A stretch of 11,349 nt of DNA, from assembly GCA_051382305.1 (NCBI GenBank), contig JBBCAV010000041.1:1-11349 (forward strand). The letters are read 5' to 3'. Within the stretch, counting starts at the first letter, position 1, and each line of letters begins with the position of its first letter. Source of the stretch: Bdellovibrionota bacterium FG-2. GTDB taxonomy: Bacteria > Bdellovibrionota > UBA1018. Below, one piece after another: positions 6,785 to 11,349 of the stretch. Below the pieces are notes generated by a model, which saw only the letters and a list, made by a program, of their open reading frames with translations, made no database searches and had not been told where the DNA came from. The translations under genes were made by a program, and so were the position numbers.

Positions 6785-8419
6785 ATGAAAAAAGCGAAAG
6801 ACACCACAAAGAACGCTCCAAAGAAGACTTCGCAGAAACCGGGAACTCAACTCCTTCTCATTCTAATCGCAGGAGCCGGACTGGCTGCAAACGCCTCAGG
6901 CGCTGCGCCAATTTGGACCACTCCCCCCGGCGGATCGGCCCTCTCGGGTCTCTTCTCCCAAATGGGGGCATTGGATCGTCTAAAAAACGCGGTCAAAGAA
7001 ATTCAAACAGACCGTGCCATCCAATCGCTCCTCAGAAACTCTTCATTACACTCTCTGATGGTTAAGGCTCGCACCAGTGGAAAACTTCTCGAAACCACCA
7101 AGTTTCAGCACTATTATCAAAATCTCGAAGTCGTGGGCTCCATGGCGTTTCACCTCCATAACGGCTCCTCCACCGAAGTCCTAAATCAAGTTTCTGAATT
7201 CGACCTCAACACTACCCCCACGGTTTCACCCGAAGACGCTATCGCGCTCGTAAGAAACCAATATTCAGAGAGAGCGCTCGAAACTCAACCCGAACTAAAA
7301 ATACTCAATCTACGGGATCGCAGAAACCCAACGACTCCAAAACTTGTTTATTGGGTCAACCTTGAAGAACACCCTTTAGATGGAGGACGCGAGCTTATTA
7401 TCGACGCGCAAAGCGGTGAGATCATCGCTGATATTCCAAAATCTCTCGATCTCGCCACCTCTAAAGTCTACTCTGCCAAGAACCAGGGCGTTACTCTCGA
7501 TGTCGAAAAAACGGATCCAAATTCGATCGACAAGAAGATCGTAAACGGATGTCAAGTGATCCTCATGCAAGGCGGCGAGAGCACCCCCAGCATCGTGAAT
7601 CCTACAGCTTGCAAACTTGTAATCAAAAATGGCGTCGCGACCGCCGGCGCAGATGCTTCTGCAAAAAGGGCGGCCTCTAATTCCCAAAAGGCCCTTGCCT
7701 ACTACTTCGGTATCCATGGACGCGATGGCTTTGACGGCCAGGGGAGCGCTGCCGTCAGCGTCGTTCACGTTGGCAACAAGTTTGATAATGCCGCTTGGAT
7801 GCAAAACAAGAGTGCAATGATGTATGGCGATGGAGATGGTGTTGAAACGCGAGACTACACCTACGCACTTGATGTCGCGGGACACGAGATGACCCACGGC
7901 GTAGTCATGGCTTCAGCGAAACTCCTCTCCATGGGCGATTCGGGAGCTTTGAACGAAGCCTACGCAGATTTTTTTGGCAAAATGATCGCCAGTGATGGGA
8001 ACTGGGCCATCGGCAAACAAATTGCCATCAACCCAAAGACATCCAAGGGTTTTAGAGATCTCGCAAAACCAGAAGCCCTCACAGCTGAATATTTGGACGA
8101 AAATGGAGCTGTGGTTTCGGCAAAATATCCCTCTCTCATGAAACACAAGCTTTCAACCAAGACCGCGTGCAACAAATATAACGACCGCTGCTTTGTCCAC
8201 ATCAATGCTACGATCCCAGGTCATGCCGCCTATCTTGCGCAAAAAACAATCGGCAAAGAAAAAACCGAAGCCCTCTACTACCTCGTCCTCACGCAACTGC
8301 TTGGGCCCACGGATTCTTTTGAAGATTCCGCCGACAAGACAATGCTCGCATGCAAAAACAGCTTTGATACTGCGACTTGCGCGAGCCTTCAAAAAGTTTA
8401 CGATTCAGTTGGGATGTAA
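6785..8419 (+). CDS. Secreted M4 (thermolysin-family) zinc metallopeptidase prepropeptide
   Basis: HEMTH (7883-7897), GALNEAYAD third zinc ligand, VHIN catalytic His, NAAW...MMYGDGDG. FTP-like (KFQHYYQNLEVVG) and PepSY-like (LVYWV...LIIDAQSGEII) propeptide. Lys-rich then hydrophobic signal. ATG 6785 is preceded by AAGGGGA. Confidence 0.93.
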   Translation: MKKAKDTTKNAPKKTSQKPGTQLLLILIAGAGLAANASGAAPIWTTPPGGSALSGLFSQMGALDRLKNAVKEIQTDRAIQSLLRNSSLHSLMVKARTSGKLLETTKFQHYYQNLEVVGSMAFHLHNGSSTEVLNQVSEFDLNTTPTVSPEDAIALVRNQYSERALETQPELKILNLRDRRNPTTPKLVYWVNLEEHPLDGGRELIIDAQSGEIIADIPKSLDLATSKVYSAKNQGVTLDVEKTDPNSIDKKIVNGCQVILMQGGESTPSIVNPTACKLVIKNGVATAGADASAKRAASNSQKALAYYFGIHGRDGFDGQGSAAVSVVHVGNKFDNAAWMQNKSAMMYGDGDGVETRDYTYALDVAGHEMTHGVVMASAKLLSMGDSGALNEAYADFFGKMIASDGNWAIGKQIAINPKTSKGFRDLAKPEALTAEYLDENGAVVSAKYPSLMKHKLSTKTACNKYNDRCFVHINATIPGHAAYLAQKTIGKEKTEALYYLVLTQLLGPTDSFEDSADKTMLACKNSFDTATCASLQKVYDSVGM

Positions 8420-8866
8420 TTATCTCAGGGCTGTCGGATTAAAACGCTGAACGATCTCGATGATTTCTTTGCGAAGAGTTTCATCCGTCTCATAAACATC
8501 ATCAATGTGGGAAGAGCGCATGAGGTACTCGATAATGGTATCTGAAACGACCTTCAGACTTTTTTGAAAATAAAAACCATTAAGAACATCATCGCCAAAA
8601 GTTGCGCGAACGATTGAGCGCGCCACCTTGAATTGCTCACTCTCAGTGAAAGCCGAATCTTCAAGCATCTCTACCCGCGCACCCATTTTTTCAAGGGCTC
8701 GAGTACGAAGATCCTCATCCGTCATAATAAACGGACCAATCAGATGGGTCACTTCGTCTTGAATAACTCCCCTCAGCCTAGCAGCGAAGCTAATCGCCTT
8801 TTGGTTTTCAAGACGGGTGATAATGCTTTTGCAAAGCAAATGAACTGACTCGCGCGTGGTTGCCAT
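8420..8866 (-). CDS. DUF507-like protein
   Basis: 148-aa ORF with recalled family-like features (basic N-terminus, C-terminal IDDVYETDETLRKEI). GAGG SD upstream. Family call is from memory, not a search. Confidence 0.6.
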   Translation of the reverse strand: MATTRESVHLLCKSIITRLENQKAISFAARLRGVIQDEVTHLIGPFIMTDEDLRTRALEKMGARVEMLEDSAFTESEQFKVARSIVRATFGDDVLNGFYFQKSLKVVSDTIIEYLMRSSHIDDVYETDETLRKEIIEIVQRFNPTALR

Positions 8867-8941
8867 CGTGGCCTCGATTCCATATGAGTTTAGTCACAAA
8901 AATCCCTGACTGCTTTAGGTTAGCTTAATTCCTAATGAATC

Positions 8942-10591
8942 TCACAGCCTTTTTTTCAATTTTTTCCAGAAAAAGTCAAAGGCCTCCAAACTATCCTTCG
9001 CGCCAAAGACTTTGGCTAACACTAGAGCAAGCATTCCACCCTCGAAAATGAGCAAACTCACACGAAAAAGCCTACTCAGAACCACCCAAAGCTTAGCCCC
9101 CCCTGGAGCAAGCTCCGGGACCCAGCTCAGGAGTACTTGATTTGAGAAGTAGCACCCCACCCCCATCGCGAGAGCAACACAGAAATTCCTAAAAAAGGAG
9201 CCGAAAATAGCTCTCAATCTCAATTCTCCTCCGGCCCTGCCGATCATGCCCCTGACAGAAACCAAAAGAAAAACCGCGTTAAAAATCGCTGCCAGTGAGG
9301 TTCCTAAAGCCAACCCCCAATATCCAAAAGGCCCGACCATCATCAAATTGAGGATCACCGTCAAAAGGACTGAGAGGATGCTCGAAATGACCGGAACGCG
9401 GGTGTTTCCAAGTGCGTAACAAACCGGGGCAAGCACCTTGACAGTCGAATAGGCAGTAAGCCCTACAGCATACATGGCCAAAGCCATCGCAGTTCCCTGC
9501 GTGGCAGTGACGCTAAAACGCCCATATTGAAAAATCAGCTGAATGATCGGAAAACCCAAGAAGGCAAGCCCCGCTGAAGCTGGGAGATTCACACTAAAGA
9601 CGTAGCTCAGACTCCGAGTAAGCGTCTCGACCACAGATTTGACGTCCTTGCGAACCCACTGCTCTGAAACCCTGGGCAATGTGGCCGAGGCAAGCGAGAC
9701 GCCAAACACCCCGATGGGAAACTGCATCAAGCGAAATGCATAACTTAGCCACGACACCACGCCTTCTCCCTGAGAAGTCGCAAGTACCGTATTAACCAAG
9801 ATATTGACTTGAGTGGCCGCAAGTCCCACCGTTCCCGGCAGCATCATCCAAAGCATTTGCCTGAGGCGAGGATCCCGATACCAAACAGGGTACTTGTCAT
9901 CCTGCTTCGCTACCCAACGGTAGCCTGCGCGATACAAGGAGGGAAGCTGGCAAAAAGCCTGAACAGCTCCTCCCACTACTACACCAAGGGCCATTCCTTC
10001 GATAGGATGCAGCCCAAACGAAGGCCCGACTTTAAAGAGAATTGCAGCGCCCGCGACACCTACAAGCACCGAGAAAATATTAAAAAGCGCAGAGGCAAAG
10101 GCGGGGAGAAAAAACACCCCACAAGCATTCAAAATCCCCATAAAAGCGGCTGCTAGCGCCACAAGTGGGAAAAAGGGAAAAATCACCCGAGTCATACGAA
10201 CGGTGAGTTCGTATTTGCCGGAGATATCTTTAAAAGCCGGGGCGTAGATCGAGACGAGCTCAGGGGTAAAAACGATCCCAACCAAGGCCAAGATGCCGAC
10301 AAAAACTCCTAGGACCCGAAAAACAAGCCCTGCAAGACGCCACGCACGCTCTGCGCCCTCTTCTTCGCGGGCTCGCGTAAACGAAGGGACCAACGCGGCG
10401 CTCATCGCTCCTTCGGCAAAAAGATCTCTGAGGAGATTCGGAAGGCGAAAAGCGACAATAAAGGCATCTGTTGCCATGCCCGCCCCGAACATCACGGCAA
10501 AAACCTGCTCGCGAACGAGCCCCATAATGCGGCTCAAGAAGGTCGCAAAACTCATGGCGCCTGCGGCCCTCAAAAAAGACGGCGAACTCAT
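8942..10591 (-). CDS. murJ: Lipid II flippase MurJ (MviN)
   Basis: ATFLSRIMGLVRE, ATDAFIVAFRLPNLLRDLFAEGAMSAALVP, SWLSYAFRLMQFPIGVFG, LIFQYGRF, YALGNTRVPV, GLALGTSL. Many hydrophobic segments. Confidence 0.96.
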   Translation of the reverse strand: MSSPSFLRAAGAMSFATFLSRIMGLVREQVFAVMFGAGMATDAFIVAFRLPNLLRDLFAEGAMSAALVPSFTRAREEEGAERAWRLAGLVFRVLGVFVGILALVGIVFTPELVSIYAPAFKDISGKYELTVRMTRVIFPFFPLVALAAAFMGILNACGVFFLPAFASALFNIFSVLVGVAGAAILFKVGPSFGLHPIEGMALGVVVGGAVQAFCQLPSLYRAGYRWVAKQDDKYPVWYRDPRLRQMLWMMLPGTVGLAATQVNILVNTVLATSQGEGVVSWLSYAFRLMQFPIGVFGVSLASATLPRVSEQWVRKDVKSVVETLTRSLSYVFSVNLPASAGLAFLGFPIIQLIFQYGRFSVTATQGTAMALAMYAVGLTAYSTVKVLAPVCYALGNTRVPVISSILSVLLTVILNLMMVGPFGYWGLALGTSLAAIFNAVFLLVSVRGMIGRAGGELRLRAIFGSFFRNFCVALAMGVGCYFSNQVLLSWVPELAPGGAKLWVVLSRLFRVSLLIFEGGMLALVLAKVFGAKDSLEAFDFFWKKLKKRL

Positions 10592-10899
10592 GCGCGGGTC
10601 AGCGAAAGATTAAAGGCTTTGGAAAGCCACCGATCAATTCCAGAATCGATTTTCGATCGAAAAGGCATGGCTAAAAAACTCAAGTTGCCGGTAAGTTCAA
10701 ATTCTCCGTCCCGGCAATAGAGAGTGGCCGTGATCATGGAGGAGCTTAACCTGAGCTCCTTCTGCCCGAGATCACGATCGATCTTGTAGTCTCCGAGACC
10801 GGTTTTCTGCATGAATAGATCAATTTCGGTGGAAACCTTCTCGTATAGCTCAGAAGAGGTTTTTCCGGGGATCGCTACTTTTCTAGTATATTTTGGCAT
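10588..10899 (-). CDS. Polyhydroxyalkanoic acid system family (PHA_gran_rgn-like) small protein
   Basis: 103 aa from ATG 10899 (MPKYTRKV...). The C-terminal LTGNLSFLAMPFRSKIDSGIDRWLSK matches the family pattern as recalled. ATGA overlap with murJ. The longer ORF-track start would overlap the upstream gene. Confidence 0.7.
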   Translation of the reverse strand: MPKYTRKVAIPGKTSSELYEKVSTEIDLFMQKTGLGDYKIDRDLGQKELRLSSSMITATLYCRDGEFELTGNLSFLAMPFRSKIDSGIDRWLSKAFNLSLTRA

Positions 10900-10915
10900 C
10901 TTGAAATGCACTTTA

Positions 10916-11347
10916 TCAGGGCTCGGCGACAACTTCAAATTCCACAAGCTCAATCCCAGAAGGAATCTCCTCCTCAACCTCAAAATACCATTTACTAATC
11001 CGAATCGGGACCGCTACGGCATGGGGGACCAGAACCCCCATCGACTCAATCAGTAAGAAAACGCTATGCGCAGGGACAACGGCTCCCGCTTGATAGAGGA
11101 TCGAGTACACCCGCCCTCCAGTCAGAGCTCGAATACGCGAAACCGCAAGTTTTGACTCAGCAACATCTGAGACCTGAGAAGAGACCCAAGACCGACGAAC
11201 CACAAAAAAATGAAGACCTAACCGAACATGCCAAAGATCCCCAGATGCAGGTGAAACGGGAACAAAACAAACCCTGGGGTCACCCAGTTCAGGGCAGCAG
11301 AGGGATCCAGAAATTCCTTTTCGATTCTCAAAGAGGACCTCTATTGG
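10916..11347 (-). CDS. Partial (5' end beyond window) protein ending in a degenerate biotinyl/lipoyl-attachment-like domain
   Basis: The frame of ORF 10916-11203 stays open to the window edge (PIEVLFENRKGISG...HFFVVRR...). The C-terminal IRALTGGRVYSILYQAGAVVPAHSVFLLIESMGV...EEIPSGIELVEFE aligns with the BCCP pattern IxAPMPGxV..V..GD.V..G..L..LEAMKM...G..LVEFE. Confidence 0.65.
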   Translation of the reverse strand, partial: PIEVLFENRKGISGSLCCPELGDPRVCFVPVSPASGDLWHVRLGLHFFVVRRSWVSSQVSDVAESKLAVSRIRALTGGRVYSILYQAGAVVPAHSVFLLIESMGVLVPHAVAVPIRISKWYFEVEEEIPSGIELVEFEVVAEP

Positions 11348-11349
11348 GG

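Noticed and set aside
7376-11056. Shadow ORFs within the M4 protease, DUF507, murJ and PHA-system genes
   Set aside because: They are antisense or out-of-frame to confident genes.
1-11349. CRISPR array, tRNA, rRNA, transposase
   Set aside because: No regularly spaced repeats, cloverleaf, rRNA-like or transposase-like sequence was seen by eye.

Overview
Bacterial DNA of roughly 50% GC. The gene set suggests a Bdellovibrionota/deltaproteobacterium-like genome (inference only). The first 141 nt are the 3' end (domains V and VI) of a group II intron on the + strand. Its 3' splice site opens directly into a lipoprotein reading frame that has a complete signal peptide but no usable start codon, so the gene appears to need splicing. 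Most of the rest is on the - strand, right to left: a partial biotinyl/lipoyl-like protein lacking the acceptor Lys, a PHA-system family protein, murJ and a DUF507-like protein; then, after a + strand thermolysin-family (M4) protease with a sigma54-type promoter, an MltD-like lytic transglycosylase with a sigma70 promoter, aspartate kinase, a Rossmann-fold protein, a frameshifted flavin-reductase pseudogene and a patatin-like phospholipase. The divergent mltD/M4 intergenic region carries an 83-bp quasi-palindrome and a candidate CsrA hairpin. All calls come from reading motifs by eye; no searches were run.
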